A DNA stretch of 64,000 bases from an uncultured Gammaproteobacteria bacterium. GTDB lineage: Bacteria > Pseudomonadota > Gammaproteobacteria > UBA9214. The notes under the pieces are model-generated. The model saw nothing but the letters and a program-made list of their open reading frames with translations, ran no database searches and was not told the origin of the DNA. Shown in pieces: positions 56,109 through 64,000 of this stretch; the stretch's first letter is position 1; the number at the start of each line of letters is the position of its first letter. The stretch is from assembly GCA_963710815.1 (NCBI GenBank), contig CAVQCA010000135.1, positions 1,768 through 65,767 on the forward strand, given 5' to 3'. The position numbers were made by a program, and so were the translations under genes.

Positions 56109-58892
56109 CTACCCGAGCGTGTAGACAGCCTTGCCGTCATTGGATGCATCATACCCGGCATCGGCATCATCGAAGTTCGTATCACCGGCAGGTTCGGAGA
56201 TAAAATACCCTTGTGAGAAATTGACGCCCAGTTCCCACAGCATGGCAAGGCAGGCCGGACTCTCAACGCCTTCGGCAATCACTATCAAATCGTAATTTCT
56301 CGCCACCTCCATGATCTCGGTGACCCTGGCGAGGCAGTCGCCCATGCCGCTGATATTCTGTACCAGCCCGCTGTCTATTTTCAGGTAATCTGCATGGATG
56401 TGCTGGAGATGCTGCGGTTTGGTAGACAGACGGTAATGCTCAATGGCTATCTTGCAGCCGATCTTGTTCAGTGCTCTGGACAGCATGGACAGGTTCTTGA
56501 GATCACGTTCCAGTACACGCTCCGTCACCTCGAAAACAAGTTGTTCGGGGCTGACCGCATATTCCCTGATCTTGCTCATGATCCAAAGGGGAAGGTCGTG
56601 ACAGGACACCGAAGGTCCGGTCAGTTTGATAAACAGCTTGATCTCCGGATCCGGCTTTTCCGCCAGCGTCCTCAGGACGATTTCCATGATATGGCGGTCA
56701 ACCTCCTTTGCCTTGCAGGAATTGACCGCCATGGAGAAAAATTCGCCTGGAAGAATGATATCGCTGTTTTCATCAACGATCCTGGTCAGCACCTCAAAGC
56801 AGTTGATCGTGTTGTCCTTGAGGTTGGAAATCGGCTGGTAATAGAGCTTAATGCGATTTTCGGCAAGGACCCGGTCGACTGTTTCAGCATGCCTGGCACT
56901 GCTTCCAGGCACGCACAACTCGTCGGATACCTGGCTGTTGACCACTACCCGGTTCCCTCCGGATAATCGCGCGGATTCACATGCCAGATCCGCTCTCGAT
57001 ATCACCTGATCTGCGTTGAAGTCGCTGTCACGAACCGCACAGATCCCGAAGCTGGCGGATATGACCAGCGTCCGGCCGGTGACCTCGAAGATATGATTCT
57101 CGATAGTGGAACGTATCTGTTCCGCGATTTTCTTTGCACGGTTCGTGCCTCCTTCACGGAATAATACGGCAAAGGTACAGTCACCGAATCGGGTGATCAG
57201 GTCGTGTTCCCCGCAATGTGATTCAATGAAACCGGAAATCTCTTCCACGACAGGCTCACTGTTCATGATGCCGATGTCTTCCCTGACGCGGATGAAACTA
57301 TCGATCAATACATACATGGCAGCTTGCTTTGCGCCGGAGTCGCGCGGCTCGACAAGCAGTTTGTTGAGGGATGAGACAAACCGTTCGCGGTCGATGATTA
57401 ATGGAGCGGGATCGCGGTCGAGGTTTAGTGCCGGCATTTCATCGGTGAGCGGTTGCCGCGGTGTTTCCACCGGTTCAGCCTGCGGTTGATCGCTCTTCTT
57501 GCCGGCAGCGGCAAGCTCCAGCCCGGGCTGCTCGATCTCGTCTTGCAGTGTCATGACGGTCTCGTTCAAGCCGGCCACTCCTTCCGGATTGCCGCCGGCA
57601 TCGTCCCGCGCCTCTCCTGGACGCCCGAACTCCTGCTCGAGGACCTCCTGCCCCGCCCTTGTGTTCTCCGGTGCGGATTGAAGTTCAACCGCCCGATCCT
57701 GCAGGTCTTTCTCCAGGTCATGGTCTTCGGTGCCGGTATCAAGCGCTAGGGTATCCAGCGGCCTGGTCGTGGCGGCAAGGCTTGCCTGAAGCGTGGCAAT
57801 GGCGGCATCTTTTTCGCCAACGATCTTCTTGTGGACGTCATGCTCAGCGGCTGCAGATTCATGCAACGCACGGTTCAGGTTCTCCAGCTTTTCCGCATGG
57901 GCGGTCAGCTCCTTGTGGGTTACCTGGAGCGACCCATAATCACTGGACAGGCTGGAGATCCTGTCGTTGAGTTCCGCACACGCCCTGACGTGGGATTCGG
58001 TCTCCTCGTGCATCTTCCCGGAGTGTGTGTCGAGCTTATGCCGGAGTTCGTCGAGGCGATCGTTTGACGAGGCGATCTCCCTGTTCCTGCAATCAAGTTC
58101 TTGCTGACTCTGCTCCAGCAGTCCTTCCTTCGTACGGAGGGTGTCGTTCAGGCACTGTATTTCACGCTGTAGCCTGCCTGACTCTTCCCTGTGCGCCTCC
58201 TCCTGCTGTTGTCCGGCTTCTGACAGGGATGCGAGCTCTGCGACAAGCGTATCAGCCTTCCTGGAGAGCCCGGCAACCTCGTTATTGCGCTCCTTCAGCT
58301 CCGCGTGCAGCACTTTCATCTGCTCGCAGCTATCGGCGTATTCTTTCCGCAGCACGTCGAGCGTGTTGTTCAATTCCGCTCGTTCCCGTGCGAACGATTC
58401 TGCCGCGTGCAGGCTATCCGCCTTCTGTCGTTCCAGGGACGTGGTCAGTTCCGTCACGCACGAAGACAGACCGCTGATTTCACCTGCCTGCTCATTCAGT
58501 GATTTCCTCTGTTCGGTCGTCTGCTGCCTGAGGCGGTCACGTTCTGATTCCAGCTCGAGTATTTGCTTGCTGAATGCCTCCGTTTTGCTTGCATGTGCTT
58601 CGTCCTTCGTACGGGTCTTTCTGATTTCATCATTCAGCGCGGTGTTGAGCGATCTGATCGACGCATCGAGTGCTTCGATCCTTGCGGAACGCTCATTCAC
58701 GAGCCTGCGGGAGGCTTCAAGCTCATACAATGCCGTATTGAACGCCGCGTTGAATTCTTCAGCAGCAGCAAGCAAATCACTGATTGCGGGTTTATCCATT
58801 ACCCGGTCACCGGCCGGGGCAGGGGGCACGAACACCGGTTCGTTGCCCACATTGAAATTCTGTTCGGGTTTAACGACGTTGCCTGTTTGCAT
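56109..58892 (-). CDS. large coiled-coil protein with C-terminal degenerate GGDEF and degenerate EAL (EVL) domains; candidate c-di-GMP effector
   Basis: About 927 aa from the ATG at 58892 (GGAAGGA RBS). Residues 40-480 are heptad-rich (SMC-like). The GGDEF-like domain has RFGDCTF instead of GGDEF. The EAL domain has EVLTR, EVTE, EGVE and QGYFIS but lacks the DDFGTG motif. Confidence 0.75.
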   Translation of the reverse strand: MQTGNVVKPEQNFNVGNEPVFVPPAPAGDRVMDKPAISDLLAAAEEFNAAFNTALYELEASRRLVNERSARIEALDASIRSLNTALNDEIRKTRTKDEAHASKTEAFSKQILELESERDRLRQQTTEQRKSLNEQAGEISGLSSCVTELTTSLERQKADSLHAAESFARERAELNNTLDVLRKEYADSCEQMKVLHAELKERNNEVAGLSRKADTLVAELASLSEAGQQQEEAHREESGRLQREIQCLNDTLRTKEGLLEQSQQELDCRNREIASSNDRLDELRHKLDTHSGKMHEETESHVRACAELNDRISSLSSDYGSLQVTHKELTAHAEKLENLNRALHESAAAEHDVHKKIVGEKDAAIATLQASLAATTRPLDTLALDTGTEDHDLEKDLQDRAVELQSAPENTRAGQEVLEQEFGRPGEARDDAGGNPEGVAGLNETVMTLQDEIEQPGLELAAAGKKSDQPQAEPVETPRQPLTDEMPALNLDRDPAPLIIDRERFVSSLNKLLVEPRDSGAKQAAMYVLIDSFIRVREDIGIMNSEPVVEEISGFIESHCGEHDLITRFGDCTFAVLFREGGTNRAKKIAEQIRSTIENHIFEVTGRTLVISASFGICAVRDSDFNADQVISRADLACESARLSGGNRVVVNSQVSDELCVPGSSARHAETVDRVLAENRIKLYYQPISNLKDNTINCFEVLTRIVDENSDIILPGEFFSMAVNSCKAKEVDRHIMEIVLRTLAEKPDPEIKLFIKLTGPSVSCHDLPLWIMSKIREYAVSPEQLVFEVTERVLERDLKNLSMLSRALNKIGCKIAIEHYRLSTKPQHLQHIHADYLKIDSGLVQNISGMGDCLARVTEIMEVARNYDLIVIAEGVESPACLAMLWELGVNFSQGYFISEPAGDTNFDDADAGYDASNDGKAVYTLG

Positions 58893-59048
58893 GATGTCCT
58901 TCCCTGTCCTCGTGTTTGACTGGCTGGTCAGTGGATTCACCAGGCCGTAATCTCGTAATCAATCTGTTCACCGTTCCGCTCTCTCGGAGCAGAACCGTCC
59001 GCCGGGGTGTGCGCCCCCGATAACTATCGGCGTGGGCAGGTAAGATGT

Positions 59049-59208
59049 TTATATATGAATGGCACTTAGTTAAGGCCCAAGCCCGATAAATAGCCACGGA
59101 AGCACACGGAAGACACGGAAAGAAGAGCCTGTATTCCGTGTTTTTCCGTGTGATTCCGTGGCCATAGGGATGTGATCAGGCTTAACTTGGTGCTATTCAT
59201 ATATAAAT
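59049..59208. mobile_element. MITE family A copy 2 (TIR TTTATATATGAATGGCAC ... GTGCTATTCATATATAAA)
   Basis: 160 bp with 18-bp terminal inverted repeats and the same internal CCACGGAAGCACACGGAA / TTCCGTGTGATTCCGTGG inverted core as copy 1. Confidence 0.65.
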
Positions 59209-59529
59209 CGTATTGATAGCGATGGCTGGAGATAAAAAGAGCATGCTGGCATCGTTATGGATAAGGAGACTGGCCGACACTGAATGACGGCTCGGTGAGG
59301 CGGGCCGGCGTGACCGGGCATGGTCGTGACTGGCAAGGGGGTATCCCGGAGTACCGGTGTGGCCGTAGATCAAGCGAAGACAACTGTGGAGCGCGTGCTA
59401 CCGGGTGCGGCGGTGCCTCTTCAGGGCGCGGGTGGAAGTGGTCTGGTTGTGGGTCCTGATGGCGTCGATGAGGGGCTGCAGAATTGCATGGGCAGGGTAC
59501 GGCCCGAGACCTTTATAGGGTCGGGACGG

Positions 59530-61347
59530 TCAGCCTAGGTAGCGGATCTCCCGTGCATCGCGGTAGATCTTGTGCGACAGCTGGGAGGCGAGATTCAGCA
59601 GCAGCTTTGTCTTCACCACGTCAACCAGGTCATCGAATTTCACCTCCAGGCATTCCGTGTCCTGCGTGGCCATCACATCGGCCGCCCGGCGCCGCTCGTT
59701 CAGCAGGGAAACCTCGCCGAAGGCGGTGCCGCTGGTGAGAGTGGCCAGACGGACCGCACGGTTTGAACCCGCGCTCACGGTGACATCCACCTGGCCATCG
59801 AGGAGAAAGAAAAACGAATCGGCGGATTCGCCGGAGCGGAAGATGACCTCACCGGTGGCGAAGTTGACTACCCTGCCCACCGAGAGCAACTGGCCGATTT
59901 CCGTCTCATCCATGTTCTGGCACAGGTACTGGTCGCGGATGTCGATGTCCGCCGTGATCTCACTGGCGTCGGTGCCCTGTATGAGACGGTTCTCGCACCA
60001 CTCCAGTGCGCGGTCGGTGTCCTCGAAGCGGAGCAGTTCACCGCTGGTATCGGGCAAATGCTTTGTGAGATATCTGCAAAACGGATAGTGATCATGGGTG
60101 TTCGCGAATAATACATGCCTGCCTTCCTGCAGCAGGTTGCGCGCCAGGCGGGTGAATATCTGACTTGCGGAGAGATCGATGTCGAAGACCTTTTTCATGT
60201 CGATGATGAGAAACTCGAATTCAGTTTCCTGCGAGATGATCTGCTGGACGACGGATTCCGCCGAACCGAACTTGAGTTCGCCCTGCAGCTCGAAGACATG
60301 GATGCGCTGGCCTTCGGCATCGAGGAAGCGGTTCTCTTCCATGCCGCGCCAGCGGCGCGAGCGGACCTTGGAGCCATCATAATGCACCCGGATTACCGAG
60401 GCGGAGGTCGAACGCACGACATTGAAGACATGAAGCCGCAAGTCCTCGGAGATTCTCCGGCAGGCCGCGATGCCGCGCACGCTGTTGCCCTTGACATCGA
60501 GCGGCGGGGAGAATACGCCCAGCCCGAACTGGCCGGGCAGCACCGCCATGATGCCGCCGCCCACGCCGCTCTTGGCCGGCAGGCCGACATCATGCAGCCA
60601 GGAGCCCGAGTAGTCATACATGCCGCATGAACTCATCACGCTCAACACCTTTTCGACGTACTTGCCGCTGAGGGCGGTCACGCCGGTGATCGGGTTGACG
60701 CCGTTGTTTGCCAGGCAGGCGCCCATGAGAGCGAGGTCGCGCGCGGTCACCAGTATCGAGCATTGCCTGAAATAGATGTCCAGCACCTCTTCCGGTGTCC
60801 GGTCCAGTATCCCGTAGCCATTGAGGAGATGCGCGATGGCGCGGTTGCGGTGGCCGGTCTCGCTCTCGGAGCGGTAGACCTTGTCGTCGATCGTCATGCC
60901 GTGGCCGGCATAACGTTCGAGGCAGGTCATGATGCGCTGCATCGGACTGGCACCCTGCTCGCTGTGGATCAGGCCCGAGGTGGCGATGGCGCCGGCATTG
61001 ATCATGGGATTCAGCGGCCGGCCGGTCTGCGCCTCCAGGCTGATCGAGTTGAAGGCCTCGCCCGACGGTTCCACGCCCACCCTGGCCTGCACCCGCTCGA
61101 GACCGTTGTCTTCGAGGGCGAGGCCATAGATGATGGCCTTGGAGATAGACTGGATGGTGAACGGCAGCTGGGTGTCGCCGACCTGGTAGACATGACCGTC
61201 CACCGTGGCGATCGTGATTCCGAACCAGTCGGGGTTGGCGTGGGAGAGTTCCGGGATATAGCTCGCCACTTCGCCACTGCGCAGTGAGGACAGCTCGGTG
61301 CAGAGTTCCTGCAGATACTCTTGTATGGGTGAGGAGAAGCGAGCCAT
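59530..61347 (-). CDS. glsA: glutaminase fused to STAS and cyclic-nucleotide-binding domains
   Basis: 605 aa. The N-terminal 310 aa is a serine-dependent glutaminase (SISK, GGIMAV motifs). Then comes a STAS-like domain (HVFELQGELKFGSAESVV) and a C-terminal cNMP-binding domain (FGEVSLLNERRRAADVMA). Confidence 0.8.
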   Translation of the reverse strand: MARFSSPIQEYLQELCTELSSLRSGEVASYIPELSHANPDWFGITIATVDGHVYQVGDTQLPFTIQSISKAIIYGLALEDNGLERVQARVGVEPSGEAFNSISLEAQTGRPLNPMINAGAIATSGLIHSEQGASPMQRIMTCLERYAGHGMTIDDKVYRSESETGHRNRAIAHLLNGYGILDRTPEEVLDIYFRQCSILVTARDLALMGACLANNGVNPITGVTALSGKYVEKVLSVMSSCGMYDYSGSWLHDVGLPAKSGVGGGIMAVLPGQFGLGVFSPPLDVKGNSVRGIAACRRISEDLRLHVFNVVRSTSASVIRVHYDGSKVRSRRWRGMEENRFLDAEGQRIHVFELQGELKFGSAESVVQQIISQETEFEFLIIDMKKVFDIDLSASQIFTRLARNLLQEGRHVLFANTHDHYPFCRYLTKHLPDTSGELLRFEDTDRALEWCENRLIQGTDASEITADIDIRDQYLCQNMDETEIGQLLSVGRVVNFATGEVIFRSGESADSFFFLLDGQVDVTVSAGSNRAVRLATLTSGTAFGEVSLLNERRRAADVMATQDTECLEVKFDDLVDVVKTKLLLNLASQLSHKIYRDAREIRYLG

Positions 61348-61674
61348 ATAATAATGATTCCGGTTAACGGTACATTGGCTATCTTATGGAAGAACCGTGC
61401 CAGTGCCACGCTCATTCACCGCGAGGTTCCGGCCACCTGAACCCCGGTATACGGTCAAGCACTTGATTCGGCGGTCGTCTCGCCGGTGCGCAAGGGATGT
61501 ATGTGAGGTCTGGACTGACACATGCCATGGAGATCATCATGCACCGGCGCCGACCCGTATTGGTGCATGCGGCATCATTATGGTGCAGTCACGGCGCCGG
61601 GCGGGGAATCGTGATCCGGTGTTTGCCGTATAATTTTTTGTTGTTGCAGGGATTGAAGCGCACAGGAGGTGCAC

Positions 61675-62139
61675 ATGAAAACGCTGGTTGGCGTTACCTT
61701 GAGTCTTATTTTCAGCATGCCGGCGGTTGCCGGCGATATCTATAAATGGCGGGATGAAGCGGGTCAGCTGCACTTTGGCGACCGCCCGCCGGCGGTTGCG
61801 CGGGCGGAGCGAACGGTGGTGCAGCCCGCGACGGGACACGATGCGGGGGCGGGCGGCGGCAGCGGGCTCAGAGCCGGGGAGCGTGCGTGGCTGAGCGAGA
61901 TCGACAAGCGGCACAGGGAAATACAGGCCCAAAAGAGGTCACGGGACAAGCAGGCCGCCGCCGCTGAAGCGAGGCGGGAAGCCATGGCCGAGCAGGATGC
62001 CAGGCGCTGTGCCGGCTATCGACAGAAGATCAGGGATTACGAAAACCGGCTGCGGGCCGGCTGCCGTGCCTCCACCTGCAATACCTACGATGCGCGGATT
62101 GCCCGGTATAAAAGCAAGGCGGAGCTGGTATGTCACTAG
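61675..62139 (+). CDS. DUF4124 domain protein
   Basis: Signal peptide plus the DIYKWRDEAGQLHFGDRPP motif diagnostic of DUF4124. AGGAGG RBS 6 nt upstream. Confidence 0.65.
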   Translation: MKTLVGVTLSLIFSMPAVAGDIYKWRDEAGQLHFGDRPPAVARAERTVVQPATGHDAGAGGGSGLRAGERAWLSEIDKRHREIQAQKRSRDKQAAAAEARREAMAEQDARRCAGYRQKIRDYENRLRAGCRASTCNTYDARIARYKSKAELVCH

Positions 62140-62259
62140 CCTCGCTCTCGCAGCCCAGCCCGTTGCGGGAGACCTCTGCCCGGGCAAACCCTGCGAGACC
62201 ATGCGTGCGGCCCTGGCCCTGGCCCTGCCTCAGGGCCAGGGTAAATCGTCCGAAGGCTC

Positions 62260-63354
62260 CTAGAACTTGACCTGCGCCCACATACCGATTTCGTCGTAGG
62301 TGCCGTCATTCGTACCGCCGATCTTGCCATTGCTGGTGTTGATGGTGCCGTTCTCGACCTTTTCGTGCTTGTAGACCAGCGCGAGGTCGACGTTCTTGTA
62401 TGCCGCATAGGAAACACCGACATTGTAATAATTATCCTTGAGGCTCGAATTGGTGTCCTTGTTGGGCTTGGCGTAGTCATAGCGTGCAAACAGTGAGACC
62501 TTCTGCATCGGCACCACGGAGCCCCACACGGAGTAACCGTCGGCCTTGTCATTGGGATTGGAGCTGAACACGGCGTTGTTGTTGCTTGTGTTCCAGTTGT
62601 CAGCCTGGAAATACTCGGTCCCAAGCCGGAATTTGGGATTCACATAGGCAAGGACAGCGTCCCAGCGGCTGGCGGTACGGGTCTGGGCGCCGCCTTGCTG
62701 GTCCTCGCCGAGTTTGCCGCTGTAATAGCCGCCGGCAAGATTCAGTCCCTTGATGGGTTCGAATCCGAGACGACCGGTGAAGTCCATGGAATTGCTGCGC
62801 TGGGGGTTCTTGTAGCCGCCGCCGTTGATTGCGGCCACGGAGTAGCTGACCTTGCTGTTCATCAGCTTGCCACCCATATGCACACCCCAGTCGGCCGAGG
62901 TGCCGAACTTCAGGCGATCGATCAGCGTGTTCTCCACGTAGCGGTAGCCGTACTGATTCTCCACATAGGGCACCCAGGGCAGGTCGGCGGAACCGGCGCG
63001 AATAATGGCCGCGTCCGAGAGCTTGGCCTGCAGATACGCCTTTTTCACGTACCACTGGGTCTCGCTGTCATTGCTGACATAGTTGAAGTCATTGGTCAGA
63101 TCGACGGACCACACATCGTTGAATTTATGGTCGATGGTGACGTAGAAGCGCTTGACGTCCACACCATTGCCGCTGGGAGCGACCTCGTTGCCATTGCTCT
63201 GCTGGTTAATGTGGGTGAAGTCGAGATAGGACTTGCCGCTCAGTGTGGTGTTGGAGATGAAGTCATCGAAGGCTTTCGGATCCATCGCCATTGCATTCAA
63301 ACTGATCAGGCCCAGACTGGCCGCAAGCGCGGCGCCAGGTGTGGTATTACGCAT
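62260..63354 (-). CDS. outer membrane porin, probably Pho-regulated phosphate-selective OprO/OprP-family
   Basis: 364 aa with a signal peptide (MRNTTPGAALAASLGLISLNAMA). Beta-strand amphipathic pattern and C-terminal Phe. A Pho box lies 160 bp upstream. Confidence 0.6.
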   Translation of the reverse strand: MRNTTPGAALAASLGLISLNAMAMDPKAFDDFISNTTLSGKSYLDFTHINQQSNGNEVAPSGNGVDVKRFYVTIDHKFNDVWSVDLTNDFNYVSNDSETQWYVKKAYLQAKLSDAAIIRAGSADLPWVPYVENQYGYRYVENTLIDRLKFGTSADWGVHMGGKLMNSKVSYSVAAINGGGYKNPQRSNSMDFTGRLGFEPIKGLNLAGGYYSGKLGEDQQGGAQTRTASRWDAVLAYVNPKFRLGTEYFQADNWNTSNNNAVFSSNPNDKADGYSVWGSVVPMQKVSLFARYDYAKPNKDTNSSLKDNYYNVGVSYAAYKNVDLALVYKHEKVENGTINTSNGKIGGTNDGTYDEIGMWAQVKF

Positions 63355-63511
63355 GTGCAGTTTCCTCGTGTCTATTGAGCGAATGAACCAGGCCGGAGCC
63401 TGGATAGCTTTCAAACCCGGCAAAGGTGCGGGCCATGTAATACACAGCGCAGGTTTTTCGCCGGATCCGGCATGCGCGCCGGTCGACCCGCTCTGTAGCG
63501 CGAGGAGACTA

Positions 63512-63529
63512 CATTCGAAATATGACAGG
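63512..63529 (-). promoter_or_regulatory. Pho box (TTGTCAC-ATTC-CTGTCAT on the − strand) upstream of the porin gene
   Basis: Two 7-bp direct repeats matching CTGTCAT with a 4-bp spacer, the PhoB-binding architecture. phoBRU lie 12 kb away in the same window. Confidence 0.5.
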
Positions 63530-63692
63530 AATGTGACAATGAAGGGGATGATCCGATGCGATCCATCGGATCGGCGTGCACCAACTGCAGTTCAGGGCAC
63601 TCCGGGAGAGGCGCCTCCTGGCGGCACGTATGTGATGCTGGCGGTGAATGGCCCGGAGCGGCGTCCGGGCAGTACGCGCGGGGCAGTTCGTC

Positions 63693-64000
63693 TCAGGCGT
63701 CGCGCCGGGACTTTTCTATCGTCTGGTAGCGTTGTTCCCAGGCCAGCATGTTCTTGCGCGCGTCCCTGACGTAGGGACTGCGCCGTATGCCGGCGATGAG
63801 CAGCGTGTTCACCAGTCTGCCCAGCGGCCGCAGCGGGCGGTCGACGTCGAAGAACAGCACCACGCGCTGCTCGTCGGTGTCGTTCCACACCTCGTGCTCG
63901 AAATAGTCGTCGAACACGATGCACTTGCCTTCCTCCCAGCCGAGCACCTCCTGGTCGACACGGATGCGGCAGTTGTCACTGTCCCGGGGAACAATCAGGC
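63693..64000 (-). CDS. aspartyl/asparaginyl beta-hydroxylase family protein (LpxO-like), partial (N-terminus outside window)
   Basis: C-terminal WEEGKCIVFDDYFEHEVWNDTDEQRVVLFFDVDRP matches the AspH/LpxO 2OG-Fe(II) oxygenase C-terminus. The ORF runs off the window end. Confidence 0.6.
   Translation of the reverse strand, partial: LIVPRDSDNCRIRVDQEVLGWEEGKCIVFDDYFEHEVWNDTDEQRVVLFFDVDRPLRPLGRLVNTLLIAGIRRSPYVRDARKNMLAWEQRYQTIEKSRRDA

Overview
High-GC (about 65%) gammaproteobacterial chromosome segment containing the origin-proximal housekeeping block mnmG-rsmG-parA-parB-atpIBEFHAGDC-glmU-glmS in the order typical of Pseudomonas-like genomes, followed by a mixed core/accessory region. On the + strand this holds uvrD overlapping a patatin-like lipase; on the − strand a membrane PAS-GGDEF-EAL protein, pagL and DUF2782, which sits divergently upstream of + strand polA. 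Next come a Spot42/ErsA-like sRNA locus, engB (−), cytochrome c4 and dsbA, then a TPP enzyme coupled to an EEP-family protein. A cytochrome b561-PepSY-response regulator-histidine kinase operon is convergent on a cusCBA Cu/Ag RND efflux operon, which carries small metal-motif ORFs at both ends and sits beside a CDF that lacks the C-terminal domain. After that come phoB-phoR-phoU, a Ppx/GppA-like gene, an arsR-family regulator and glk. The window ends with a 943-aa coiled-coil protein carrying degenerate GGDEF/EAL domains, a glutaminase-STAS-cNMP fusion, a DUF4124 gene, a porin with a Pho box, and a partial aspartyl beta-hydroxylase gene. Two MITE-like repeat families recur in intergenic DNA; one of them sits exactly at stop codons with CTAG flanks. 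No rRNA, tRNA, CRISPR, integrase or obvious defence island was found. The items most worth follow-up are the tandem paralogous small membrane Cys-motif proteins with Arg/Asp-rich tails, the sRNA candidate, the frameshifted Met/His/Gln-rich secreted protein ending the cus operon, and the coiled-coil c-di-GMP effector-like protein. All calls rest on reading the sequence and recalling protein families; no database search was possible.
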